Shown: positions 41,281 to 55,376, counted from the stretch's first letter. The stretch: DNA of 64,000 bases from the human T2T-CHM13v2.0 reference genome, Homo sapiens (GCF_009914755.1 NC_060947.1), one strand, 5' to 3'. The notes: generated by a model from the sequence alone, not told the origin. Translations and numbers: made by a program.

Positions 41281-44200
41281 TAATGGTTCCTACACCTGCC
41301 TGTGCCATTCACAATAGGGACTAGCTAAAATATTATAACAGACGCCTTCAGAGGTTTCAAACATATGCAAAAAGCTTTAGCTTTTGTAAGAGATAAAGAA
41401 AGCATGAGTATCCAGAGGTAAAGGGAAAAAAAGCTAGTAAACCTATAGAAAATCCTGGTGGTGTGTTAAATCAGACATAATGCCCATTAAATGCAGTTAT
41501 TTGTGGTAATAAACCCAAAATCCAAACAAAACCACTTTGTTGTTTGCTTGAAAGCACTGTACCTATTTACATGTAGCACCTCAATTTTCAACCACTAGCT
41601 CAGCAAGGATTGTTCCAGGAACCTAGTTTTGTCAAAAAAAAAATTGAATTTAGCTAAATGCATCATGACAGTTGGATTTCTCACAGCTCCAGAAATAGAT
41701 ATACATTCTTGGGGTGGGTTGGCAGAGAGTGAGGGATTGGACTGCAGGAGGTGGTAATTAATCTGATAAAAATCATTCAAACTGTGAAAAAATTAATCCT
41801 GCTGAGATTTCAGGGTGTGCTCACAGTTCAGTTAGGGGTTGTACAAACCACATCAGCCACACTGAGATACTTTAACAATTAAGATCTGATGAGGCCCGGG
41901 GGAGACTTTGTTATCTTTAGATTTAAAAATCAGGACTGCAAATCCAAAGAGCACTTTACAGACCAGTAGATTTGGAATTGGGTTTAAACAAGTCACGTGA
42001 GGACTATGCACAAAATTTCTTCATTAAAGCATACAGAGAAGGCCACATCTTTTCCCAAGTGTCTTTATTTTTCCTTTTTATTTTACCCCCTTCCTAAAGC
42101 TGGTCTCAAATGTGAGTTCCTTTGGTCACAGCCAAGTTTGGGCAGGCCAGGTAAATTTTGGATTGCCTTCTGCTGAATCCCTCTCAAAGAAAGGCTCCAA
42201 AGCAAGAATTACCTTACACTTTCTGAAACTGAAAATGTCATTTATGGTTTAAAAAGGCCAATACCAACTTTGACTCATGCTGTCTTACAAAGGAGTTTTG
42301 TGCTACCTAAGATGAAAAAAGCTTTCAGGAAGACGTGATCTGTATAAGAAAATGTTGAAATGCTTTGGAAATATCAATAGTTTATGGGCCTAAGAAGACA
42401 GTTTTTTAAAAGATCTCATCCCAGAAAATTGAGAACACAGGACTGATATAAACATATAAAAAACAGGGATTTCTTGGCACTTATTTTATCAGACTTTGGT
42501 TATATTTTTAAGCTTTTTTGGGAAAGGGACAAATGCTGCTTGTAAGGTAATAATTATAACAGGTTTACATGAAGGGTTCAAGTTTTAAAAACCAAAAGTG
42601 AATTTTCTAATTTCAAACCGTATGATGGATCAGTCAATCCATTGAAATGATTCTTTTGCACTAACAAAGCCTGACTTTCTGAGTTCTTCCACGATAAGAA
42701 CCTTGAACATTTAGTTGGTAACCAAGTAGTGAGTTCATTGCCTTTTGGGGAGAATTTCAGTTTTGGTCCCTGCCAGGTCTAAAACAGAGGAGTACTGGCT
42801 GTTGTGCACAAACCACCCACAGGGTGCTTTAAAGAACTCTTGACATGTTGGAGACACAAGATTCAAATTTGCTATTACGCTGCTATAATATTGTTCAATT
42901 TCTGAAATGACTTTGTGATCTTTAGAATGATGGGATTTCTCATAGAACTCTTTGGCCTTGAAACATACTTATTCACAACATTTGTCATATGCAGCGACAT
43001 TCAACTACAGCAGAGTAAATAGGTTTAAAACCGTGAGTTCCGCCTGCTGGAATGCTTTATCATTATGCCTTGGCATCCTCAAATGCAATAAATGTGGAAA
43101 TTCGGAATTGAAGGGCTTGATTTCTAGTCTCATTGGCCTCTCTCCCTTTGAATTAATGTGCTGCCATTGAGTTCAGCAATAAAGTACCTCATGCTAACAG
43201 AGAGAAAATATCAACTTTCTTCCTGTGCATATGTGAATTTGGCAAAAAAGCAGTAAGAAGGCAATATAAAAGTAAAAATGATTTAGCTGTCGTGAATATG
43301 AGAAGGTGAATTTAATGCATAACTAACATCCTGCAGAATTTGTGGTTCTGGCATATTGGGGGAGGTAAAACATTAATTGAGTTAAGCTTTGGAAGAAAAC
43401 CATTTTTCAAATGATAAAAGCAAAGCAGAATTCCGGATACTTTTCTCAATATAATGTTACATTTAAATCACCTTATCATCATCATCATCATTAACAACAA
43501 AGAATTGCTGTTTAAAATTTTCTGTTTCTAGTCATGAAAAGCATAGAGAAGGCATCATCTATATTATCCCCATTACTAGCTCGAATGGTCTTGATTGGTT
43601 CCTCTCTTCTTCCAGTGTGCTACTCCTGACAGCTGAAGCCATCTGCAGAGTGAGCCACAAGCTCTGAGACCAACTTGTTCCTCATCAAGGAAGGAATTGA
43701 AGGAACATTAGTTCCAAGGGTCCAGCTGATGATCTTGCTGGCTCCAACCTTGTTTGACAAAAATGTCTCATCAATCGCAACTTTCGTTTCCCCTTCTTCC
43801 TTTAAGTTTCAAAACCACACAACCCAGTTGTCAGTTACCAGGCTTCCACCTCACCAAATAGCTTCTTGTGTCCATGTATGCATATTTCCTGCTTCTAAAC
43901 TATACAGTGCTATTCTCCTCCACCCTTCCAGGATAATTGTGCCCTTGATGGATATCCCTGAGGCTGGCCATTTATCCGAACTGCTTCGTGCACTAGCTCT
44001 TGCTGGACATGGAGTTGAGTCTGTTGCTGAGTTGGGATCATCCCAACATGCTGGCTTCATTTCCAGTTCCTGATCTCTCTTGCCTGGCCCGTCCTGCTGC
44101 CTTCTAACATTTCTAACACCATTTCATATATTCACGACTTTGGACATAAGCTGGCTTGCATGACCAACTATTTGCCTTATGTATTCTGGGGAAAAGTCAC

Positions 44201-44694
44201 TTCCTAGTTTTTCTTCCTCTACCACTTATTAAGCAAAATTTCCCTTGTCTTTTTTCCCCAGGCCCTTTTTCTTGCCACCAATCCAAGTTGTGATTTTATT
44301 CCCCTGTAAGAATATGAGCTCCATAGGGTCAGAAATCTTGTATTCCCGAAACTTAGCATAGTAGGTACTCAATAACTATTTGTCAAAAAATAATTTGTTT
44401 TAAGCAATTTTGGCATATTTATTGATTTCCTCTCTGTCTTATCCACTGAAAAGATCTTTTTACAATTATAAGCCTAGACCAGCACACAGTGCCTGGTATA
44501 TAATAAGAGCTTAAAGAATGTTGAATGAGTAAAAATAAATTTTTCCAATGAAATACACCTCAGATGGGTAGAAATATGCATTAATATACAAAAGGTTAGA
44601 GTAGGTGGCCTAAGAAAGCCTGTATTTCAGGAGAATTACAGGCATGTAAAGTGCATAAAACGTATTTCTAAAATTCCTACAGGTTATCAAAGGC

Positions 44695-44920
44695 CAGGGC
44701 TGGGACAATAGTGTGACAAGCAAGGCACTTCCCTTGGACACAAAATATCAGGGGCAGCAAAAGACTCAGAATTAAGATGACTAGCATTTTAAAACAATAT
44801 TTTTTAAAATCAAAATTAATGTAAAAATACATAGTGAACAGAATATAAAAAATTTAAATAAAAATAGTAACAATGTAGTGCCTAGCCATATTAGAGCCTG
44901 TGGCAAAATAAAAAAATAGG
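44695..44920 (+). mobile_element. MER96B-like hAT DNA transposon fragment
   Basis: CAGGGCTGGGAC...CACAAAAT...AAAATCAAAATTAATG...GCCATATTAGAGCCTG. Confidence 0.7.
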
Positions 44921-45409
44921 AAAATTGATTATTATCTATAGTGTCTCCTGACTTCTAAAGATGATGGATCCCAAACAAAAGGTAAAACTAGGTTGCGACA
45001 TGAGAATGTAAATTGTACAAGCCCAGAGAAAAGTAAAATTGCTCTCTATAAGAAAGGGGGCAGACGTGGAATAGAATCTAGGAGAGGGCAGGAGGGCAGA
45101 GAAGCTGGAGAGACAGAAATATTAGAGGAAAGAGGAAGGGAAAAAACAGGGGAAAATCAGATAGGAAGAAGACTTTGGGTGAGATATGTCCAATAAGGGA
45201 ATCAGATTAAATTTCCCTCTGTTATGCACAATGTAACCCAGTCTTCCATTTCCCCATGAAATATTCAGCAAAATGCACATTTCCCTTCAATGCTTTGGGA
45301 AGTGGATTTATTTGGGGGGATGAATGACAGAGTTCTGTGTTTTGTCTCAGGAAGGGCAAAGGGCAGGAGCAGAGACTATGCAAGGAGTTTCAAGGAGGAT
45401 ACAGTCTGT

Positions 45410-45750
45410 TCCTTCTTCATTTAATCAGTCACCAAGTTCTAGCAATGCTACCACTTAAATATTTCTTGATTCTGTCTACTTCCTTATGTCTCTACTGCTA
45501 CCATCACCTTACCTCCTAACTAATTTAAAAGGTCTCACTTTCCCTGCTCTTCAATTCATGCCCCATGCTGCAGCCAATGAGCTTTCCAAAAATCTCATGT
45601 CAATCCCACTGCTCCTGGAATAATCTAAATGCTTCAACATGGCTTCAAAGTCCTTCATGATCTTGCCCCAGTATTATCTTTTACCATACTTCATTACACC
45701 CAATGCACCAGATGCATGAGACTTCTTTAAGTTTTTTGAGTGAATGAAAG
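45410..45750 (+). mobile_element. L2 fragment
   Basis: AATCAGTCACCAAGTTCT...CCTCCTAACT...CCTTCATGATCTTGCCCC. Confidence 0.55.
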
Positions 45751-45930
45751 ATGATAAAGTGGGAAAAATTAAGAAGCATAAAGGTAGTACATAAGAAAAC
45801 AGTTGCAAATTAAAGAGCTAGACATCAAAATTACAATCATTAAAAGAACAGGGGGATAAAGCCAATCAAGTATAAGATCTGCTTCATCACACCCAAACTC
45901 TTCCCAAAGAAATTCATTTGGTTTACGGCA

Positions 45931-46265
45931 CAGTTATCCCTCCGTATCTACAGGAAACTGGTTCCAAGTACCCCCACAGATACCCAAATCCAAGGATGCT
46001 CAAGTCCCTGATATAAAATGGTGTGATATTTGCATATAACCTGCATACATCCTCCTTTATACTTTAAATCATCTCTATATTACTTATAATATCTAATACA
46101 AATTAAATGCTACATAAATAGTTGTTATGCTGTATTGGCTTTTTATCTGTATTATTTTTAATTGTTGTATTGGTTTTGGTTTTTATTGTTTTTTAAAAAA
46201 ATATTTTTAATCTGTGGTTGGTTTAATCCACAAATGCAGAACCCATGGACATGGAGACTCAACTG
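45931..46265 (+). mobile_element. MER2 (TcMar-Tigger) DNA transposon
   Basis: CAGTTATCCCTC...GGATGCTCAAGTCCCTGATATAAAATGG...CAACTG|TA. Confidence 0.88.
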
Positions 46266-46762
46266 TATATCATTATTTTCTTATTTTATTCTGTAGTCCA
46301 AGTCACCAATAGTGTGATATTGAAATAGACATTAAGTTTATTGGCTTTGACTGAATTATATACATCCCACATAAAGACAGAACTCTGGTTATTATATCCA
46401 GAGCAGAAAAAAAAAATAGCAAATTCTTTAATAAAAATCCTAATTACATTTCTTTTGTAAAATATTCATTTATCTGCTTAAAACAAGATGGATTACTTTC
46501 ATTAAAGTTATTAATGCCCATTAGTAAAGAATAATGTGTTTGAACTTTCCGTGTTCTTAGATTGACCACAGGGACACACACTTCACCAATGCTGGCATGC
46601 TGTCATTTAAAATCAAGGTGCCAAGTCTATCTAAAACTAAAAGGCTATTCTTCTCAATAGAGGTAAAAATTGAGCACAGACATATGGATTTGCTGGTTGT
46701 TCTCTTTTCTCCTTGGGCTTTTCTGTTGCTCTTAGATATGGAGAATTACCTAAATTCTAGCG

Positions 46763-46971
46763 CTGTGCTGTCCAGTATGGTAGCCACTAGCCACTTATGG
46801 CTATTTAATTTTAAATTTATTACAATTAAATAAAATTTAAAATTATGTTTCTCCATCACACTAGCCACATTTCAAGTGCTCAATAGCCACATATAGCTAG
46901 TGGTCGCTGTACTGGACAGAGCAGATATAGAATATTTCCATAATCACAGAAGGTTCTAATGGACCGAACTG
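46763..46971. mobile_element. MER3 (hAT-Charlie) MITE
   Basis: CTGTCCAGTATGGTAGCCACTAGCCAC...ATTTCAAGTGCTCAATAGCCAC...GTTCTAATGGAC. Confidence 0.88.
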
Positions 46972-48814
46972 TTCCAGTACATTCCAAAGCCCCCACTCCC
47001 AGTACAAGGATTCAAATGGAGCTCTAATATCTCAGCTTCCCCCCTCCTGACATTCTGAAAAGATTTAGATATTGAAATAAATCCCCTATTACACCTCAGC
47101 CTCAGTCAAAGTGGAGACTTTGACAGTTTCATTACTGCCTTATCAAGTCACTTCATGATTTTTTAAAAATTATTATTCTAAAAACCCATTTATCCAGACC
47201 GGATTTAGTAGCTGTTTGAAGTCTATTCATTTAATAGAAACTGACTTCCAGCACATGATTCCTGGCTTCCTTGCCCCCTAATGTGCTCTATACCTAGCAG
47301 CACTCACAGTTATGTCCTTTCCAAGAAAGGTTCCTTCCATCAAGCCACATTTACAGATCCATTTAAACTCATGTTCAGGCATTTGCTTTATGTTTTCACA
47401 GTCACAGGAAATTACTTCCTTCACTCAAGTTTCATTTCTTTCTTTCCATTTTATTTTTATCTTCTTCAGGAAAAGACTGTCTACCACGGCAATAAAGTAT
47501 TTGTGCTCTCTGCAGCCAGACAATTGAAGAAGAAACACTGACAAGCATATTGCTATATCAATAATGCACTGTCCTTCACAGACAAAAGGCACAGCTACTG
47601 ACCCACCTCTAGTAAAGCGCAGGCCTTGAACTGTGTCGCCAGAGGTGAGAATGTATTTGACTTAATCCATCTGATAATGATCATTTGTGTATTAGCTGCC
47701 TGGACTTAGGGTGCCATCTGTGGCCACACTGGGGCTTAATCTGTGACCAGGGCCAGGACTCAGACTTGACTACAGTTAGGAAATGATTTTGTGGCCAGAA
47801 TCAAGGCTCAACTTAATATCCGATTCTGATGGCTAAAACATACATGAGGATTAGGGATTAGAAGCCCTGTGTTCTAACCACTTAACCTAGGCAAGTTGCA
47901 GATAATAAAAGTTTTTGGCAGAAGTTTTTAACTTTTTCCTGTATCCCAAGAATAGTACATTTTGGGGCCATGCATGCTGTCAGTCTCCTACCCCCTACCT
48001 ATAGAGCAGACATCATTAATCAGCCATGGCCTTCTTTCCTGCTGTGTTCAGATGAGGCTCCAAATGACTTCTCACCACATTGCCCTATGTGGCCACTACT
48101 ATTCAATCAGAATTGGCCCAAAAGATTAAACCTATTTATCATCTTTGTTACAGAGGTCCGTGAACCAAGCAGCAGATTACTTCTGGAAATAAGACTTATG
48201 ATTCTGACCATTTTTGAGGTCAGAGGAAGGTAGGGAACAATCAACTTAAGGGTAGGACCCAAGGCAAATCAAAATTTTACAAGCACTCCCCTGACTCAAA
48301 GGTGAAGAGTTGGCACAGGTAGCCTGAGGAGAGATGGGGAAAGGCAGGAGTGTTACTGTCAGGCCACTTGCTCTAGTCTTAACTTTACATACTGCTTGAA
48401 ATAACAAGGTTTTATGTCAATTGGATAGATACATTTGCACTTCTTTCCACCTTTTGCTGCCTGAGTGAGTGAATAATTTTAGTCTCCTTCTTACTTTGAG
48501 CAGCATGAGACACCCCCAAAATCAAAGTCCAAAAATATTCAACTTATTTTACCATTTCCTAGAAATGACTGACTTACAGCAGAAACTGAGTCTATCTAGA
48601 GTGGAATCATTTTTTTCCAGGTATGCCTTTAATTCTCTGGAGAGCATACTCCTGGGTTGTCTCTTTTCAATTTCAGGACCACACATACTTACTAGATTTA
48701 CTGTCTTTCCAGAGACGTGGTCCACAACCCTACCAAAAGCTTTAAGTCCACCACACTTGAGAACAGGGTGCTACTCTAGTTCTAAGCACTCGAACTTTTT
48801 CCAACCATATCTCC

Positions 48815-49400
48815 AAAGAATCTCAGTGTTGGAGTGACCCTTAAAATTTGCCTAGTCTAGCCACCCATATATTGCTTGAATCTCCTTTACAGCATCCTCA
48901 ACAAGTTGTTATTTAGCAACTTTGGGGCAATTCCAGAGCCAGGCTAACCACTATTCCCCAAGGCATTCATTCCACCAACATCTGTGGAGTGCCAGGATGA
49001 AGTGCACTAGGCACAGCACAGTTCTCATTTCTATATATTTTTTCCTTACACTGTGCCCCAAACCTCTCCCCTGGTTCCTTCCACCCATTGGCCCTGGTCT
49101 GCTTCATGATACCTTACAAAAAGAAGGTATTTTTTTCTTTCTTTTTTATTTCTTCCATATGACAGCCTTTTAAATATCTGAGGACAGTTATGCCCTTCCC
49201 TGCATTTTCTGTTCTCCCAGCTAATCAGGCTGTGTTCCTCTGGCTGTTAGCCATAAAGTCTCTTTAACATCCTACTCGTCATTTTCTAAACATGTTTTGC
49301 TTTATTAATCTCTCTCTTCAAGTTGCAGAACTGAATGTTTTAAGTTTGGCTTGATCAGAGTTGATTAAGGCAAAGCTTTAATTTTCATTTCTCTAGAAAA
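48815..49400 (-). mobile_element. L3/CR1 3' fragment
   Basis: AGAATCTCAGTGTTGGA...TTCCACCCATTGGCCCTGG...TCTTCCATATGACAGCCTTTTAAATAT. Confidence 0.6.
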
Positions 49401-49429
49401 AAGTTCCATTGATAGAAATAGAAAAAAAG

Positions 49430-50360
49430 TCTATTGGTTCATAAGTCTACATTCCCTTTCTTTGGATATCATCTCATACTTTTGACTCATTGGGCTTCCT
49501 ACCCTCTTTTATTCCTCCTCCTCATTACTGCATCTACTCTATCAGGTCTTCCTTTAAAATATTTCTTGGGTCTATCACTTTCTTCTATTGTAATAATTCT
49601 CATCCACAACTTAAGTCCTAATCACCTCTTGCCTATATCATTACAATGATCTCCTAACTGGTCTTTCTGTATCTATTCTTCCTATTTTAGTTCATCCTCT
49701 GTCCAACTACCACTTTGTAATGTATCACTCCGATGGTAGTTTAGTATAATCATTCAGGGCCTGGACTGTGGAGCCAGACTATTGGGTTCAAATCTCAGCT
49801 CTACTATTTATGAGAATTATTTTACCTAATATCTAAAGCTCTATATAATCTGGCCCCAAACTACTACAAACCAGATAGCTTGCTTTGGATAAGTTACCTC
49901 TTTCTTCACCTATAACATGAGGGAGTGGATTAATTTATCTTAAATGCCCCCTTCAAGGCCAGACATTCTATAATTCAACCTTTCTAGTCATTTGCCCCTT
50001 CCTATCCAACTGTACTATGTACAGTTGCCTGAAAAAACCTTGTTCTTTCTGGCATCTATGTCTTTGCTCATGCCAAGAGAAATGCCTCTGCCTACCTATC
50101 CTTTAAGATATAGCTCAAATGTCATCCTCTCCATGAATCTTTTAATCAGAACAGTTTACTTTCTTTTCTGACATTCCCAGGATGATAACTTTCTTTGGCT
50201 CTTGTGATACTGATCATATTCTACCTTATGGACACATGTCTTATATCTTCTGCCAGGCTGTAATACAGGGACAATATTTTTTTTCAGCTACGTGTCCAGC
50301 TCGCTGTGTCCAGCACAGTGCCTTTTACATTGTAACATATTATAATACTTATTGAATAAA
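49430..50360 (+). mobile_element. L2 3' region with nested MIR pieces
   Basis: CTCCTAACTGGTCT...CTCAAATGTCATCCTCTCCATGAA...CCAGCACAGTGCCT...TTATTGAATAAAT. Confidence 0.6.
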
Positions 50361-50954
50361 TCCTTACTTACATGTGACAGAAAAGTTTAACCATGTGTTA
50401 GGGTATCTTCAACTAATTCACATTTCTTCGACTATATTCTCAAAAAATATTCAAAAATCAGCAAATACCCACTCTGAGCACTAATTGGGCATGCCTTATT
50501 CCTCTGGAAATTGCTGAAGTTTTTAAAACAAAAATTTGTTTTAAAATTAAATGATTTGTTCCTTAAAAATTAGTATGTCCAAACAGTTAAAATATAAGAA
50601 CTATATAACTGTAAAGTCTAGGAACATTTAAAATCTAGGAAATTTAATGAGAGGATTGACTAAATCAAGAATGCCGAGAGAAAACGAGGAAAAGCCACTC
50701 CCCTACCTATGAAAAATGGGCAAAAGGGCCTGCTCAAGAAGATGGCCTGGGTGCTCTGTAAAAATCTCATGTGACAAACTTCTTTAGCTATTATGATATC
50801 TTTAAATGTCAAAATAGTGAGCTTGACTATCCCTTCCTACACACATAGAGGAAGTGACATGAAGGGCGCAGTCCAAAACTTCCCTTACATAAAGTTTTCT
50901 GTCCCACCTGCCAGTTTGTCTTGCATAGACTCTCAGAAATCTCCACCATTATTT

Positions 50955-51875
50955 GATTTCTTTTGCAGTGACAAAGATTGTATATATTTATCAAGTGCAA
51001 CTTGATGTTTGGAAACACATATACATTATGAAATGGCTAAATAAAGTAAATTAGTATATGAATTTCCTCACATAGTTATCATTTTTTGTGGTAAGAACCT
51101 TAAAATTTATTCCCAGCGATTTTCAAGAATGCAATAGATTGTTATTCACTGTAGTCACCATGTTGTAAAATACGTCTCTTGAACTTTTTCCTCCTATCTA
51201 ACTGAAACTTTGTATCCTTGACAAATATCTCCCCAACACCCCCACCCCCAGTCCCTGGTAAACACCATTATGCTCTCTGCTTATATGAGGTTAACTTTTT
51301 TAGATTCCATGTATGAATGAGAGCATGTGATATTTGTCTTTCTGTGCCCAGATTATTTCACTTAACATGTCCTCCAGTTCCATCCATGTTGTTGCAAATG
51401 ACAGAATCTCATTTTTTTAATGGCTGAATAGTACTCCATTGTGTATATGTACCACATTTTCCTTATCCATTCATCTGTTCATGAACACTTGGATTGCTTC
51501 CAAATCTTGACTATTGTGAATAATGCTGTAATGAACATGGGAGTATAGATATCTCTTCAACATAATGATTTCATTTCCTTTGGATATATACCCAGCAGTG
51601 GGATTGCTGGATCGTATGGTAGTTCTATTTGTGTGTGTGTGTGTGGTTTGGCAATTTTATGGGCAGTGGTAAGTAAAAAAAAAAGGGGGGGGAAACATGG
51701 AGAAAAAAGTTTTAGGAACCTCCATACCGTGTTCCATAATGGCTGTACTAACTTACATTCTCACCAATGGTGGACAAAGGTCTCCTTTTCCCCACATCCT
51801 TAACAGCACTTATAATCTTTTGTATTTTTGATAATAGCCATTCTAACAGGCATGAGGGAATATCTCATTGTGTTT
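50955..51875 (-). mobile_element. L1MA6-8-like element, 3' part (outer element of the nested stack)
   Basis: GTAGTCACCATGTTGT...TCTCTTGAACTT...CTAACTGAAACTTTGTATCC 3'UTR; left TSD AATCTCCACCATTATTT at 50938-50954. Confidence 0.8.
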
Positions 51876-52070
51876 TTAAAATTTTCTTATTTTTATGGGC
51901 ATATAGTAGATGTATATATTTATGGGATACATGAGATATTTTGATACCAGCAGACATGAGTAATAATCACATCAGGGAAAATGGGGTATCCATCACCTCA
52001 AGCATTTATTCTTTCCTTGTTTTGTAAACATTCCAATTACACTCTTAGTTATTTTTAAACATACAATAAA

Positions 52071-52634
52071 TCACAAAAAATGGAAAGATATTCCACATTC
52101 ATGGATTGGAAGAATCAATGTTGCTAAAATGTCCATACTATCCAAAGCAATCTACAGATTCACTGTAATCTCTATCTCATACCAAGGACATTCTTTATAG
52201 AAATAGAAAAAAACAATCAAAATGTATACGGAACCACAAAAGACTCAGGATAGCCAAAATAACAAAAACGGAGGAATCATATTACCTGACTTCAAATTAT
52301 ACTACAGAGCTATAGTAACCAAAACAGCATTATCTTGGCATAAAAACAGATAGATAGACCAATGGAACAGAATAGAGAACCCAGAAATAAATCCATACAT
52401 CTACCATGAATTCATTTTTGACAAAGGTCCCAAGGACATACATTGGGGAAAGAACAGTCTCTTCAATAAATGGTGCTGGGAAAACTGGATATCCATATGC
52501 AGAAGAATGAAACTAGATCGCTATCTCTTGCCATAAACAAAAATCCAATAAAAGTGGATTAAATACATCAACCTGAGATCCCAAACTATGAAACTACTAA
52601 AGACAACTTTGATGAAACTCTCCAGGACATTGGT
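52071..52634 (+). mobile_element. Inverted ORF2 segment inside the L1MA3-like element
   Basis: Sense ORF2 sequence (AAATGGAAAGATATTCC...TGGTGCTGGGAAAACTGG...CTCCAGGACATTGGT) flanked by antisense L1. Confidence 0.88.
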
Positions 52635-53610
52635 ACTACTTTTTAAATTTTTTTTTAGATTATTTGTTGGCATATAGAAATGCTACTGATTTTTGTATGT
52701 TGATTTTGTATCCTGCAACTTAACTGAATTTGTTTATCAGTTCTAATCATTTATTGGATGAAGTCTTCAGGTTTTTCCAAATATAAAATTATATCATCTG
52801 CAAACAAAGATAATTTGAATTCTTCCTTCCCAGTATGGATACACTTTATTTCTTTCTCTTGTTTGATCACTCTAGCTAGCAATTCTAGTATTATGTTGAA
52901 TAACAGTGGTGACAGTGGGCACCCTTGTCATGTTCCAGATCTTAGAGGAAAGGCTTTTCAGTTTTTCCCCATTTAGTATCATACTAGCTATGGGTCTGTT
53001 GTATATGGCTTTCATTGTGTTGAGGTACATTCCTTCTATACTGTTTTTTGAGGGAATTTATCATGAAGGGATGTTGAGTTTTATCAAATGGTATTTCAGC
53101 ATCAACTGAAATGATTATATGGTTTTGTCCTTCATTCTGTTGATATGCTGTATCACACTGATTGATTTGCATATGTTAAAACATTCTTTAACCATGGGAT
53201 AAATCCCACTTGGTCATGATGAATGATCTTTCTAATGTATTGCTGAATTTTGTTTGCTAGTACTTTGCTGAGGATTTTTGCATTGATGTTCATCAAGGAT
53301 ATTGGCCTGTCGTTTTCTTTTGTGATGTGTCTGTCTGGTTTTGGTAGTGGAGTAACACCAGCCTCAGAGAATGAGCTTGGAAGTATTAATTCTTTCTCCA
53401 TTTTTTGGAATAGTTTGGTATTAGTTCTTCCTTGTTGGGTAAAATTCAGCAGTGAAGCCACTGGGTCCCGGGCTTTTCATTGCTGGGGGGCTTTTTATTA
53501 TGGCTTCAATCTCATTACTTGTTATTGGCCTATTCCAGTCATGGATTTCTTCATGGTTCAATCTTGGTACGTTACATATGTCTAGGAATTTATTCTTTTC
53601 TTCTAGGTTT

Positions 53611-53612
<2 letters not shown>

Positions 53613-53641
<29 letters not shown>

Positions 53642-53929
53642 GAGACGGAGTCTCGCTCTGTTGCCCAGGCCGGACTGCGGACTGCAGTGGCACAATCTCG
53701 GCTCACTGCAAGCTCTGCTTCCCGGGTTCACGCCATTCTCCTGCCTCAGCCTCCTGAGTAGCTGGGACTACAGGCGCCCGCCACCGCGCCCGGCTAATTT
53801 TTTGAATTTTTAGTAGAGATGGGGTTTCACCTTGTTAGCCAGGATGGTCTCGATCTCCTGACCTCATGATCCACCCGCCTCGGCCTCCCAAAGTGCTGGG
53901 ATTACAGGCGTGAGCCACCGCGCCCGGCC
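53613..53929 (-). mobile_element. AluYb8 (human-specific)
   Basis: Diagnostic 7-bp duplication GGACTGCGGACTGC plus CACCTTGTTAGCC and CTCATGATCCACCC; pure poly-T tail; perfect 15-bp TSD TTCTTCTAGGTTTTC (53598-53612, 53930-53944). Confidence 0.95.
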
Positions 53930-54916
53930 TTCTTCTAGGTTTTCAAATTTATTGGCATATGGTTGTTTGTAATAGCCACTAATGATACTTTGAATTTCTG
54001 CAGTATCAGTTGTAATGTCTCCTTTTTCATCTCTGATTTTACTTGGGTCTTCTCTTTTTTTTTTCTTAATCTGACTAAAGGTTTGTGTATTTTGTTTGTC
54101 TTTGCAAATAACAAACATTTTGTTTCATGGAACTTTTGTAATGTTTTCTTTGTTTCAACTTCATTTACTTCTGCTCCATTTTTTAAATTATTTCCTTTAT
54201 TCTATTAACTACAAGTTTGTTTGCTCTTGCTTTTTTCTGCTTCTTTAAGATGCATTATTAGATTGTGAATTTGAAGTTTTTCTAATGTTTTGATGTAGGC
54301 ATTTATAGCTATAAACGTCCCACTTAGTACTGCTTTTGCTATATTACACAGGTTTTGTTATCTTGTGTTTCCATTTTCATTTGTCTCAAGAAATTTTTCA
54401 ATTTTCTTCATAATTTATTTATTGACCCATTGATCATTCAGGAGCATATGGTTTAATTTATCTGTGTTTTTATCATTTCCAAATTTATTGTTGTTATTCA
54501 TTTCTAGTTTTATTCAATTGTGGTTAGAGAAGATACTTGATATGTTTTCAATTTTTTTAATTTTTTGAGACTAATTTTGTGGGACAACATGGTGTTTCCT
54601 TGAGAATGGTCCATGTGCTGAGGAAAACAATGTGTATCCTGCAGCCATTGGATGAAATATTCTGTAAATATCTATTAAGTCCATTTGGTTTATAGTGTAG
54701 ATTAACTTCAATGTTTCTTTATGGATTTTCTGTCCAAAAGGTCTGTCCAATGCTAAAAGTGGGGTGTTGAAGTCTCCAGCTATTATTGTATTTGGTCTAC
54801 CTCTTTAGCTCTAATAATATTTCCTTTATATATCTGGGTGCTCCAGTGTTGGGTGCATATATATTTATAATTGTTATACCTCCTGCTGAAGTGACCCCTT
54901 TATCATTGTATAATGA

Positions 54917-55376
<460 letters not shown>

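Noticed and set aside
43675-44073. 132-aa ORF and overlapping antisense ORF
   Set aside because: Non-ATG start, no recognisable domain and no convincing exon structure
47711-47727. CTCF-like GTGCCATCTGTGGCCA
   Set aside because: Needs a one-base gap to fit the core motif
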